A stretch of 62,185 nucleotides of DNA, the filler included. It is 5 parts of 5 records of this genome, joined end to end, with 100 filler letters (N's around TTAATTAATTAA, not from the genome) between each part and the next. Parts side by side here need not be neighbours in the genome. Positions count along the whole stretch, not along the records: positions 1 to 15,431 come from SRR2962707_4786; positions 15,532 to 27,773 come from SRR2962707_4788; 3 more parts are not named here. One strand, written 5' to 3'. Numbering within the stretch: the stretch's first letter is position 1; every line of letters starts with the position of its first letter. The position numbers were made by a program, and so were the translations under genes. Positions 11,487-21,500 of this stretch are shown one piece after another. The notes under the pieces are model-generated. The model did no database searches. It was not told the origin of the DNA and saw nothing but the letters and a program-made list of their open reading frames with translations.

Positions 11487-11855
11487 GTGAAAAGAAATAT
11501 AAAGCTTGAGAAGCTGATGAATGCTTCTTTAGAGTTTGGGGAGGAGGTCGAATATGTCTGTTTCCATAAGAATTCAATTGTCGTTGGCTTTGGGGGGTTT
11601 GATGTAAAGATATATACTAATATTGGGTTCGATAACGGAAAAGGTAAGATGATTCGGGCTTATGCCGATTTTGAGGAAAGGGGCGTGAAGGGGTTTGAGA
11701 TAGCTTTGATGATAGGGAAAGTTGTTGAGTCTGTTAGATGTACAGAGGGAGAAATAATGGTTGCCTTAGATGGCGGATTTGCCGTTATTTCAATATCAGG
11801 TGAGGGTGAGAGCTGCGAAGTACATGGTGATGATTTTGGGGTTTTTATTTTATGA
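11487..11855 (+). CDS. Putative cognate immunity protein
   Basis: GTG start 2 bp after the toxin stop; AT-rich like the toxin tip; 122 aa with no signal peptide. Confidence 0.7.
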   Translation: MKRNIKLEKLMNASLEFGEEVEYVCFHKNSIVVGFGGFDVKIYTNIGFDNGKGKMIRAYADFEERGVKGFEIALMIGKVVESVRCTEGEIMVALDGGFAVISISGEGESCEVHGDDFGVFIL

Positions 11856-12002
11856 AAATCTGGGGCATGGGGGTAAGTCTTGCCCTTTGCCTTTCTTGGC
11901 TGGAAAGAGTGACCGCGGACCTAGCTCCCATAGCCCGTTTCTGATCGCGGTTGGCTACGGATTGATTTGATTTTTTTACTCTCGAAATCCAGAGGAAAGG
12001 GT

Positions 12003-12353
12003 ATGAATAGGGGAATATCGATCAGGGTTGTGTTGTTGGGGACTTTTCTCATCTGGTCAGTGATCGCCAGAGCGGAGCTGGTCTGGTCTGGCAATCTTGG
12101 CGTCTCTGAAATCATTACGGTAGATAACGGTGGCTTTCTGATTGGCTTTACGGCTCCGGTTGATCCCGCGTGCACGCAGTGGAGCACCAAGCATCTCTAT
12201 GTGTATCCCGGCGAGCAGGGACTGACACTGGATGTCATTCCCTCCTATCTTGCTCTGGGGCTGAGCGCACTGACCACGGGAGCAGAGGTGAAGGCGCATT
12301 ACGATAATGCTACTCCGCTCTGCCATGTGAAGTATCTCCAGATTACCCGCTAG
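12003..12353 (+). CDS. Small secreted protein, putative OB-fold (AB5 B-subunit-like) #2
   Basis: ATG 12003 follows GAGGAAAGGGT; signal peptide ending IARA|E; 2 Cys; SYLALGLSALTTGAEVKAHYD...CHVKYLQI. Confidence 0.6.
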   Translation: MNRGISIRVVLLGTFLIWSVIARAELVWSGNLGVSEIITVDNGGFLIGFTAPVDPACTQWSTKHLYVYPGEQGLTLDVIPSYLALGLSALTTGAEVKAHYDNATPLCHVKYLQITR

Positions 12354-12428
12354 GCATCGATCTTGGAGTTATGGTCTCAGTCCCGAATGGCACTTAACGG
12401 CAATGTTCTAAATAGGGAGGGAAAGGGT

Positions 12429-12830
12429 ATGCGAAGAAGTAAGCGAATCGTAGCGGCGACTTTGATTGCGGCCTTTCTTGTGATGGGTGCCGCGGGAACG
12501 GGCTACGCCAACGAGCCGGCATGTCATGTCTCCAGCGCGGCTCCCTATTGCTCATACAAAGGAAAAGTGAAGCGGGTTTATGTCAACGAGAAAGGCATGA
12601 TCCTTGTGTACTTCGATACGCCAATACCTTCTGGTGCCCCATCGAATGTCGGCATCGGAGGCGTTTCGAATTACGCCGCCGGTGCGGTGTCTTATCAGGA
12701 TAAGCCCGAATTCGCGAATTTCCTTTACAGTACGGTACTGGCGGCTCAAACGACGGAGCGCGATGTTCAGATTCAAATGCGCGGAACGATCGGCGGATAT
12801 TTGAAGATTGATCGCATCTGGACTGAATGA
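12429..12830 (+). CDS. Small secreted protein, putative OB-fold (AB5 B-subunit-like) #3
   Basis: ATG 12429 follows GAGGGAAAGGGT; signal peptide ending GYA|N; CSYKGKVKRVYVN...FLYSTVLAAQTTERDVQIQM. Confidence 0.62.
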   Translation: MRRSKRIVAATLIAAFLVMGAAGTGYANEPACHVSSAAPYCSYKGKVKRVYVNEKGMILVYFDTPIPSGAPSNVGIGGVSNYAAGAVSYQDKPEFANFLYSTVLAAQTTERDVQIQMRGTIGGYLKIDRIWTE

Positions 12831-12869
12831 TGCGGGCATGGAGTGGCATTTAAGTGGGGGATTGGAGCC

Positions 12870-13349
12870 TCATTCCTCCAACCCCAACCTCCGATGCCAC
12901 TCGGCAATACTCTCCTCCGGATAGCCGTCAAAGCATTTGTCGTTCTTTCCGGCTTCCACCTCCACCCAGTTGGCTTTGCTGTCCAGTAGCAGATGCACCC
13001 GTTCGGGCGGGATTGGCAGGTCGGTGTCGATGGCCGAGGCGAACGGGTGGACCAGTTCCGGCCAGCGCGGATCGAATACCCACAGGGCGCTGGCGCAATG
13101 CCGGCAGAAGTGGCGCTCTCCCGGGCTTTTCCCTCCATTCTCCCCATTGATGACGGCGTGGTAGATGCTTTTGTGCTCGGCGCCTTCCACGGAGAGCGTT
13201 TCGGCGCGGCCGCTGAGGTTGATGGCGTAGCCGCCACCGCCGGCGGTTTTGCGGCAGATGGAGCAATAGCAGCGTTGATAGGGATAGGGGTGTGGTGACT
13301 CGACGCTGAAATGTACCGCGCCGCAGTGGCAGGAACCGTGAAGCAACAT
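12870..13349 (-). CDS. GFA / CENP-V family zinc protein
   Basis: GSCHCGAV, CYCSICRK, RHFCRHCAS; ATG 13349 with GGAGG RBS. Confidence 0.92.
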   Translation of the reverse strand: MLLHGSCHCGAVHFSVESPHPYPYQRCYCSICRKTAGGGGYAINLSGRAETLSVEGAEHKSIYHAVINGENGGKSPGERHFCRHCASALWVFDPRWPELVHPFASAIDTDLPIPPERVHLLLDSKANWVEVEAGKNDKCFDGYPEESIAEWHRRLGLEE

Positions 13350-13559
13350 GACTTTCCCTCCCGAGGTCCGGGCCGTCACTGACGATGGTGTCAGCACGGC
13401 AGGGGGTAATGCCGATGGCTATGGCACGAGGGTAAGTCGATCAATCTGGACAGGCAATGGGAGAGCACGGAACTCCCCGGGTGAAGGAGCCTCCAACGTG
13501 ATGAAGGAGGAAATGTCGTGTTTACCTTCTATACATTTTTCATTTGGGAGGAGAGTGCC

Positions 13560-14591
13560 ATGTCCATGGGGGCCCGATTCGTAGCCACGGGATTCGCTAT
13601 GTTCGCTTCGATTTTGTCCACTGCCGGCGCCTGGGCGTCGGAAGGGCAGCCGGAAAAGGCCGTCTATGACGGTGAGCTCTCCGGTTTCGACTACGCTTAT
13701 CCGGTGAACCGGTTCGAATTTACTTCCCAAGGTGTGCCGATGCGGATGGCTTATCTGGATGTCGCGCCGGAGACGCCGAACGGGCGCGCGGTGGTGTTGA
13801 TGCACGGCAAGAATTTCTGCGCGGGCACGTGGGAGGGCACCATTGAAGCGCTCTCCGAGGCCGGGTACCGGGTGGTGGCGCCGGATCAGATCGGCTTTTG
13901 CAAATCCACCAAGCCCGAGAATTATCATTTCAGCTTTCATCAGTTGGCCGCTAACACTCACTCCTTGCTCGCGAATCTCGATATCGACAAGGCCACGGTG
14001 ATGGGGCATTCCATGGGCGGCATGCTGGCCACCCGTTATGCGCTGATGTACCCGGATGGGGTGGAGCAGTTGGTGCTGGCCAATCCTATCGGGTTGGAGG
14101 ATTGGAAAGCGAAAGGCGTGCCGTATCAGGGCATCGACCAGGCCTACCAGTCGGAATTGAAGAAGAGCGCGGAGGGCATCCGGGCGTATCAGCAATCCAC
14201 TTATTACGCCGGCCACTGGGAGCCGCGTTATGACCGTTGGGTGGAGATGCAGGCCGGGATGTATCGCGGCAAGGACCGGGAACGGGTGGCGTGGAATCAG
14301 GCGCTGACCTCCGACATGGTGTTCACGCAACCGGTGGTTTATGAGTTCAATCAGTTGCGGGTACCGACTCTGCTGCTGATCGGCGAGCAGGACAACACGG
14401 CGATCGGCAAGGCGTTGGCCAGCGAAGAGGTTAAAAAGGAACTGGGCCGCTATGAGGTGCTGGGTGAGCAGGCCGCCGAGCGGATTCCCGATGCCACTTT
14501 GGTGGAGTTCCCGGATCTGGGCCATTCTCCGCAGATTCAGGCACCGGAGAAGTTTCACAAGGCGCTGTTGGAAGGGCTGAGCGAGCTGTAG
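13560..14591 (+). CDS. Secreted alpha/beta hydrolase
   Basis: Signal peptide, HGKNF, GHSMGG nucleophile elbow, C-terminal GHSP. Confidence 0.92.
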   Translation: MSMGARFVATGFAMFASILSTAGAWASEGQPEKAVYDGELSGFDYAYPVNRFEFTSQGVPMRMAYLDVAPETPNGRAVVLMHGKNFCAGTWEGTIEALSEAGYRVVAPDQIGFCKSTKPENYHFSFHQLAANTHSLLANLDIDKATVMGHSMGGMLATRYALMYPDGVEQLVLANPIGLEDWKAKGVPYQGIDQAYQSELKKSAEGIRAYQQSTYYAGHWEPRYDRWVEMQAGMYRGKDRERVAWNQALTSDMVFTQPVVYEFNQLRVPTLLLIGEQDNTAIGKALASEEVKKELGRYEVLGEQAAERIPDATLVEFPDLGHSPQIQAPEKFHKALLEGLSEL

Positions 14592-14702
14592 CGGAGTCTG
14601 CTCGGGACGGGGGCGTCGGCCGTCGATGCGGTGCCGGCGGTCCCCAATCCGGTGGCGCGATGTTAGGATGCGCGCCTTGCCGACTGTATCGATGGAGCGC
14701 TG

Positions 14703-15317
14703 ATGTTATCGAAACGGACCTTCCTGCTTCCGCTTGCCTGCCTGATCTCGCTTGCCCCGCTTGGTGCCAAGGCCGCTCCCGAATGGGCGGATCCGGATTA
14801 CCCGGAGATCGATTACGGCGGCACCTATGGCATGCTGGCCAGTGAAAACGGGTTCAAGGAAATGATGGGCTGGTGGGCCTACGGCGATAGCGGGGCGGCC
14901 TACAGCAACATCGACTCCCTGAAGAGCGCCGCTAATAAATCCCTGCTCATGCGCGAGCATGATCACACCCGGTTCGAGGCCGAGTGCACGGACGGGAAAC
15001 TGGCTTTCGTGGTGACCCACGCATCAGGTATGGGAAAAGGGCCGAGTGCCTTCGCGGTGACCGACAGTGGCGATATCGAGGTGGTCTACAGCTTCGATGG
15101 TGGTGAGGCCCATAAAGCCGCCTGGCCGGACCTGTTCGAGGGGAGATCCACGGGGTTGCGCCAGGATCAGGCGTATCGGTTCATGAAAGCCCTGGAAAAG
15201 GCGGATGACGTGGCCTTGCGGATGCACAGCTCCGACGGCTCACCACTGGAGCTGAATTTCGCCCTGGCCGGCGCGGAAGAGGCGTTTGCTCCGGTGCTGG
15301 AGGCTTGTGGTTACTAA
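14703..15317 (+). CDS. Secreted hypothetical protein; C-terminal half resembles VasI/TagO-like domains
   Basis: Signal peptide ending AKA|A; ECTDGK...VYSFDG...FMKALEKAD...FALAGAEEAFAPVLEAC pattern. The resemblance is by eye only. Confidence 0.5.
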   Translation: MLSKRTFLLPLACLISLAPLGAKAAPEWADPDYPEIDYGGTYGMLASENGFKEMMGWWAYGDSGAAYSNIDSLKSAANKSLLMREHDHTRFEAECTDGKLAFVVTHASGMGKGPSAFAVTDSGDIEVVYSFDGGEAHKAAWPDLFEGRSTGLRQDQAYRFMKALEKADDVALRMHSSDGSPLELNFALAGAEEAFAPVLEACGY

Positions 15318-15431
15318 TAGCCAGGAAAATTGTGATTCATCGGGCACTGGTGTCCCATAATTTCAGGAGAATCTGAGGCTCTGGCTTGTGAATTTCTGCA
15401 ATGCCATGAATTCAGAGAGGGCTCGAAGCCG

Positions 15432-15531
15432 NNNNNNNNNNNNNNNNNNNNNNNNNNNNNNNNNNNNNNNNNNNNTTAATTAATTAANNNNNNNNNNNNN
15501 NNNNNNNNNNNNNNNNNNNNNNNNNNNNNNN
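15432..15531. other. Artificial contig-join spacer
   Basis: 100-bp N run with a central TTAATTAATTAA (stops in all six frames). Confidence 0.98.
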
Positions 15532-15556
15532 CTGCTGCTGCTGCTGCTGCTGCTGC
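15532..15556 (+). repeat. (CTG)8 microsatellite at contig start
   Basis: Directly visible. Confidence 0.9.
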
Positions 15557-18500
15557 CACAATTGTTCGCCCGACAGGCCTTTGCCGCATTGATCACGGAC
15601 GGCCACGACAGCTATCAGGCGGAAGATGCCGACAAGCAGGACGGGACGCTTTCGCGCCACTTTGTGGATCGTTTTGAGTGCGCCAGCCGGTCTATTCGCG
15701 GGATGTACGAGAAATGCCCTGCGTCCCTCCGTGACCACTTGCGGCGTGCCTTTGGCGCGGCTGAGGCTGAAGCAAGTGACCCCCTCGCTCCAGTGATCGT
15801 GCACGCTCTCGTGGGCGAACTGGTGAGTGCCGTCTACATTCCCACCCACAGCTTAACTCCGCATGGGCACAAGCAGGGTTTCTCGTGTTCCTCGTCGTTG
15901 CTGTCGTCGAGTTTTGCTGCACACGGAATCCTTGTCCGTGCGGTGCACAAGAACAACAACAAGTACGTGGGTGCCCGTTGCTCGTCAGTGCCTCAACTTT
16001 CTCACGCGATGCTTGCATGGTGCCGTCCGTGAATTTGCAGGTGGATGCCAAAGGTGGAACCCGAAAGTCCGATGCAGTGCCGATCGACGCTGCGGAGCTG
16101 GAACGTGCACTCTTGCGACTTTTTGTCGCCCGGCACGTTTCACCCAAGCAAGCGCGGGGCTCGGTCGTGGGCAACTTCGCTTTCTCTGGCCTTCTCCGCG
16201 TTTTGTCCCCCGAAGCATTTGACGAGGTCTTGCGTGACGCCCTGACGCGCGCTGCGGCCCGCAACCCGGAAGTCGGAGTGCACGCGCTGTTGGCGCTTGT
16301 GGAGCACTGCGGTCGCAGCGCTGCCGTGCAAGCGTGCCTGGAATCCGTTGTGCACCCAGAGTCCAAGTTTGGCGGTGCATTGCAGCTGCTGCGCTCTGAC
16401 AAAGCCGCCAACAGGCGTTTTGCTGTCTCGTTCCTGGGCGCCTTCGCCGCTCGAGCGACCAACACATTCGAGACGCTTGGTGGGCTCTTTCGCGAGATCG
16501 GCGCGCTCGTCGATGCGCCCAAGGCCCAGGTACGAACAGAAAACATTTCATCACACGTTATACCACACGCACGCACGCTTGCACCCGCACTCTTTTGCTG
16601 GCCGCCGATTTGCCTTCGAGTTCTTTTGCGACGAGCCGATGATCTTTGAACCTTTTGCTCGCTCGTTTGCTTCGGTTTGCATTGCGCCCCGCGTGTTGCG
16701 TCGCCAACTCCTGCGTCTGCTTGGCAGGGCCTCAAAGCGTACGTGCACCGTGCGGCAGCAGTAGACGCGGTGGAGGCGATCCTGCCGCGCATTCGCAGCG
16801 CTGGCGTGGCTCTGGCTCCCGAAGAGCTGCAGGAGCTGTGCGAGCTTGCGTCTGCTCCTGTGCGGACGATCGTGGGCGACGAAGATCACGTGCCCACGAA
16901 AGCCCGCGCTCTGGAGGTAAGCCGTTGCATCGTGCAAGCAGGTGCCACTCGCTCGGCCACGAGGCGGTGCCTCTGTTTCATTGTTCCCTCTGGTTTTCGG
17001 TACTTTTCGTCTAGGTTCTTGGGCGTTGCGCTGCAGCTGGCGGCAAGGACTTTGGAGCTCTTGCAGGGGCCAATGCTGCCTGCGTGGGCGAATGTTTGTC
17101 GTCGAAGGGGTTGGAGGGCGCTGCAATTCATGCTCTCGCTCAGGCGTACGTAGCTTTCGAAAGCTAGCGTCACTTTTCTGTGGCCCACGCACTTTCAGAT
17201 TGGAGTGCTCGTCGTGCGATTGGTGTATGCAGCGATACTCGTAATGCAATTGCTTGACTGCTTGGGTTTTTTTTTTGTGTTGGTTTCATCTTTGCGAAAC
17301 TATCGTAGTTGTGCCAACGGCGCTGTGGCATCATGCGCGGCGGTCTCCGATGCGTTCAAGAAGATCGTTGAAAATCTGCTCAAGGAGCGTCTGGCGAAGC
17401 CGTCGCCCACGACCGTTTCGGAGGTTGCGGAGCTCGGCTTTGTGCTGATGTCTTTGGCCAAGGCTGCTGGTATGTGTGGGGTCGTGGCCGATGCTATTTT
17501 GTTTGCTGTACCAACCTATCAGTGCCGCACCCCTGTGTCGAGCGAGGACATCACGGCCATCGCCCTGCTTCTCGAACTGTTTTGCGCTTTCGCAGGCACC
17601 CTCGACGACGATTTGGCAGCTGGTGGCGCAGGTCTGCGCAAGTTCTTAGCTCCCTCGTCAGACATTTACAGTTTCGGTATGCACAAAAAGGTTGCACAGC
17701 AAGGCACCGACGCACTTCGTAGCTTTCAGGTTTGGCCGCCTTCGTTTTTCACGACGTAGAGTGCTGGAGCATTGCAAGGGCGGTTCGCGCGGCGTTGTGC
17801 TGAATTGCGTATCTGTTGTTGACTGTGCCAGACTGCACTGGCTGGCGTGCTCGAGATGTTTTTGGCGTCCCCTTCGAACGCAAAGGTTTTCGACCCGCGG
17901 GAATTTTTTGATGCTGTTGACGACGCTGCAGGTGGCGCCACCAGTGCCATTTTGAACGCCGCAACTCCTCATCCAATGATTGACCTTGCTGTCATTCTTC
18001 TTCACAGTCCGCTGGCTGACATTCGTCGCCGCCTGGTATGATCCGCGCGCATTCTGGTGGCAGGCAGCGAACTTGCCTCGAAAGGTTGTGAAAGGATGAT
18101 TGTTGCGTTGTTTATTGGTTTTCATGATGACGGTGATTCTAGATTGACCAGTCGCTGGCGAAGGGCGTGCTCCGCACCGCATATGGCGTGGATGCGTCCG
18201 TGCAGTTGCTTCGTCGCCTCATCAGCTTCTTTGCCGAGCTTCGGCCCGACGACGCCTGGCGCCAGAGACCCGAAGTGCACCTCGCTGCTGTGAAGGCCTG
18301 CTTGGTAAGCTTTGATGGCTAAGCTGCATGCTGTTCTTTTTGTGGTTTGCGGTCTCTACGTAGCAAGTGGCGTTTCGTGCCGAGTGGGGCGTGAAGTAGT
18401 GCATCCGATTGCTGTGTTGCAATGCTGAAACGGTGACGTTGCAGGTTCCGTCTCGCAACGGTGGCGTTGGCACTTACGCCAAAAAACAGCCTGCTCGCTC

Positions 18501-21500
18501 GGTGTTGGACATTTCTGAAAGTCGGTCTGCGCGGTTCGCATTAGCTGCTTCGTTGGTAGCCTCCTGCCACCCGTTCTGCGTCCCGTGCAGTGATCCAGCT
18601 TCGATCGGGTGCGTGTGTTTAGTGGCACGAGGTTGTTTCGATGGCGGTCGCCGCTTTGACGGTAGTGTTGCCGTTTTGGCTTCTGGCTTGATGGATCGAT
18701 CTTCGGAAATAAGTGGGCTTGGTTGTTTGTTGCTGCCACTTTTTTACCAACCACAGGCACAATCTTGGTGACGATGCAGTGACGAGCTCGGACAACCCGT
18801 TCGGGCGTATTGTGGTCGATGACGAAGCTTTGGTGCATGCGGCTCCTCCAGCCCCAGCGGCACACGTGACGCGGCAGGATTGGACCCGTGGCGGGCCCGC
18901 CGGCCCGTGGCGCTGGGTTGTTGCACGCCTCGGTGGACGCGTTGCTGCCGAAGAGCTGCTGCGCGGAGACGGAGCATGCGTCAGCCAGTTTGACGATGAC
19001 GAAACTGAGACCACCAACACCGTGGTTGCAGAGCTCGAGCGCATGTTGCTAGCCGGAGGCAGCGGCTTGGCGTGGAACGGCGACAAATGCCTTCGCAGCA
19101 TGGCGCAGGCGGCACTTCGTGCGCTTTTGCGCCTGCCTGGTCTCGGTGCTGCGCTTGCCAAGCGAGCGCTGCACACAGTTCTGTACGTCACGGACGATGA
19201 GGCAAGTGGACTCAACGCAGTCACGGTGACCGACATGTGGCAGTATCTGCGAAACCAAGGGCTTGGCGTGGCTGCTCTCGAGGCGGCGTCTGAGTCGCTG
19301 CGCGCGATTGCTGCTGCGGAACGCAAGGCTGCGAAAGAGGCCGAAGAGAAAAAGGCGAAGGAGTCAGCGGCGGCTGCGCAGCGAAGTGCAGTCAAGCACT
19401 TCACAACGTCAAAGGGTGACTCAGGATCGGGGGGCAGCAGCGACAAGAGCAAGAAGTCGTCGAAGTCGAAGGCCCCCAAAAAGGCCGGCAAGGCTGGCAA
19501 AGGCGGCGGCAAAAAGGGTAACAAGCTCGACTTTGTCACGTTTGATGATGCCCCCTCCAAGAAGGGTAAAAAGGGAAAGGGAAAAGGTGACGCTGGAACG
19601 AAGAAGAAGAAGAAACCGAGTGCAGCCAAAAAGGGCGCGTCCACCGCGGCCGCCGGAGACGCCGCTGTTGCCGGTGGCGCGAGTGGTTCAGCCGCCGGTG
19701 GCGCATCAGAGTCCGTGCCGGAGCTTTCCCCCCGAGACCAAGCAGTTCAGCGCGTCGAAGCTGTGCTTGTCCGCTTCCGAAGGGCGCTTGTTATTGTGCA
19801 TACTGTGGCGACTGCGTGCAGCGTTGATGACTTTCATCCTTTGGTCGCCCCAGTCTTGCGTGCGCTTCAGAAGTGCATGACGAGCACGCGCCTTTTCTCG
19901 CTCGAGTCCCAGGTCATGACCACAACTGCTGCCTTCGTGGCCGCAATCGGGTGTTCGCAGCCAGCGCTGGTTGCCAGGGCACTGCAGGTGGTCGCCGGAG
20001 TTGGAGACAACTCCGCGCAGTTTGCTGTGACGCGGCTGGCCGAGGAAGCAAAAGCCGATGCTGCCGTTGAGGCGGCAGCAGCCGCGGGGCTGAGCGTTGA
20101 GGACAACGCGGATAAAACAGAACGCACAGTGCCTGTGCTGGAAGCCGCGGCCAAGAGAGCAGCGCATGTGCACAGTGGCTTGATGGAGCGGCTTCTGAAG
20201 CCGTTGTTCGATAGCAAGGCGATGGTGACTGGCCCACAATTCCGCTGTCTGTTTCCCATCCTCGATGCCACGGTGCGGAGCGAACCTCTCGGAGCAAACT
20301 TTCACAAGGCTTTGTTGGTAACTGCTGTGCACTGCAACCCGTCGATGAGGGAGCAAGCGGCCGCTGTGGGCACAACCAATGCGTTTGTTGATCTGCGAGC
20401 GGACACAATTGGAACAGTTCTGTTTGCGGTGCGGCAGTTGCCAGATGCGTTTCCACGTCCTGCGGACGTGCTGCAGGCGCTATGTGCTGGCGCGCCTCTG
20501 TCGAAGACGGAGCTCGAGGTGCTGTGTGGACCGTCCGGATTCCGATGCCCCGTCCAGGCAGTGCGTGCCGCCGCTCTTAATGCCGCCGCGCCAAACAACG
20601 AGGTTGTTATGCCGAGCGATGCCGAACAAGATGATGCTGGTACAACCCTGCTGGCCAGCGCCATGTGGATGGCCTGCTACGATCCAGACGAAGACACGTC
20701 TGGCAAAGCCCTGGCCGTTTGGGAAGCAGCCGGTTTCGAGATTACTGCAGAGCTGGCCGACTACGCCATGCAGTTTCTTGATGACCCAGACGAGGGCTTG
20801 CGCGGCATCGCGGCCTTTGCTGTCGCGGGCGTGTTGGAAAGTCTCCCCGACCTGCAGGACTCGTTGTTGACGCGTCTGGCCAACGCTTTTGCTACCTCAC
20901 TCGAGGCACAGGTGAAAGCGTCGAAGGTTCGCCAGATCGAGGTTGTGCAACGTGATGGCAGCGTTCAACTTGTCGACGACACCCTGCACGCGGCCCGGCT
21001 TGCGGCTCGTGGTGGGCCGTTTGCCAAAAGCCCTCACCGCTGCGGCGTTGCACAAACAATTCAAGGATTTGCCGAGCTTGGTGTGTTGGACTCTGACGGT
21101 GTTGAGCGGCTGGTTGGACTGGTTGTCCAGCAAGGACTCAACGATCCAGTGAAAGACGTTCGATCGGCGATGCGCGAGGCTGGAATGGCGTTGGTCAACG
21201 CACATGGCGCGGAAGAGACCGCCACCATCTTTTCGACGCTGGAAGGCACACTGCGTGCTTGCACGTCACAGGCTGCAGAAATTGCCGATCCTACCAGCCA
21301 CGCCATGGATGTGCTTATGTGGCAAAAACAGGGTGTGGTGGTGATGCTTGGTGCTCTGGGACTGGCGGTTGTGGGGGGCGAAGAAGCTGCAGAAGCGGCC
21401 GATGGCGGCGATGCGTCGGCGCAGGACACCGTGAACTCGATCGCCACATTGCTGACAAGTGAGCTCGAGACCCCAGACGAGGCTGTTCAGATGGCTGTGG

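Noticed and set aside
12870-14591. GFA protein and hydrolase as parts of the toxin system
   Set aside because: Common standalone families with host-like composition; the GFA gene is in the opposite orientation.
15320-15431. Possible mobile-element end at the edge of contig 1
   Set aside because: Too short, with no partner repeat or transposase visible.
15476-15487. TTAATTAATTAA palindromes as regulatory sites
   Set aside because: Identical and centred in N runs: synthetic linkers.
15484-15849. PolyQ ORF from the (CTG)n tract
   Set aside because: Antisense reading of a microsatellite running into the gap.
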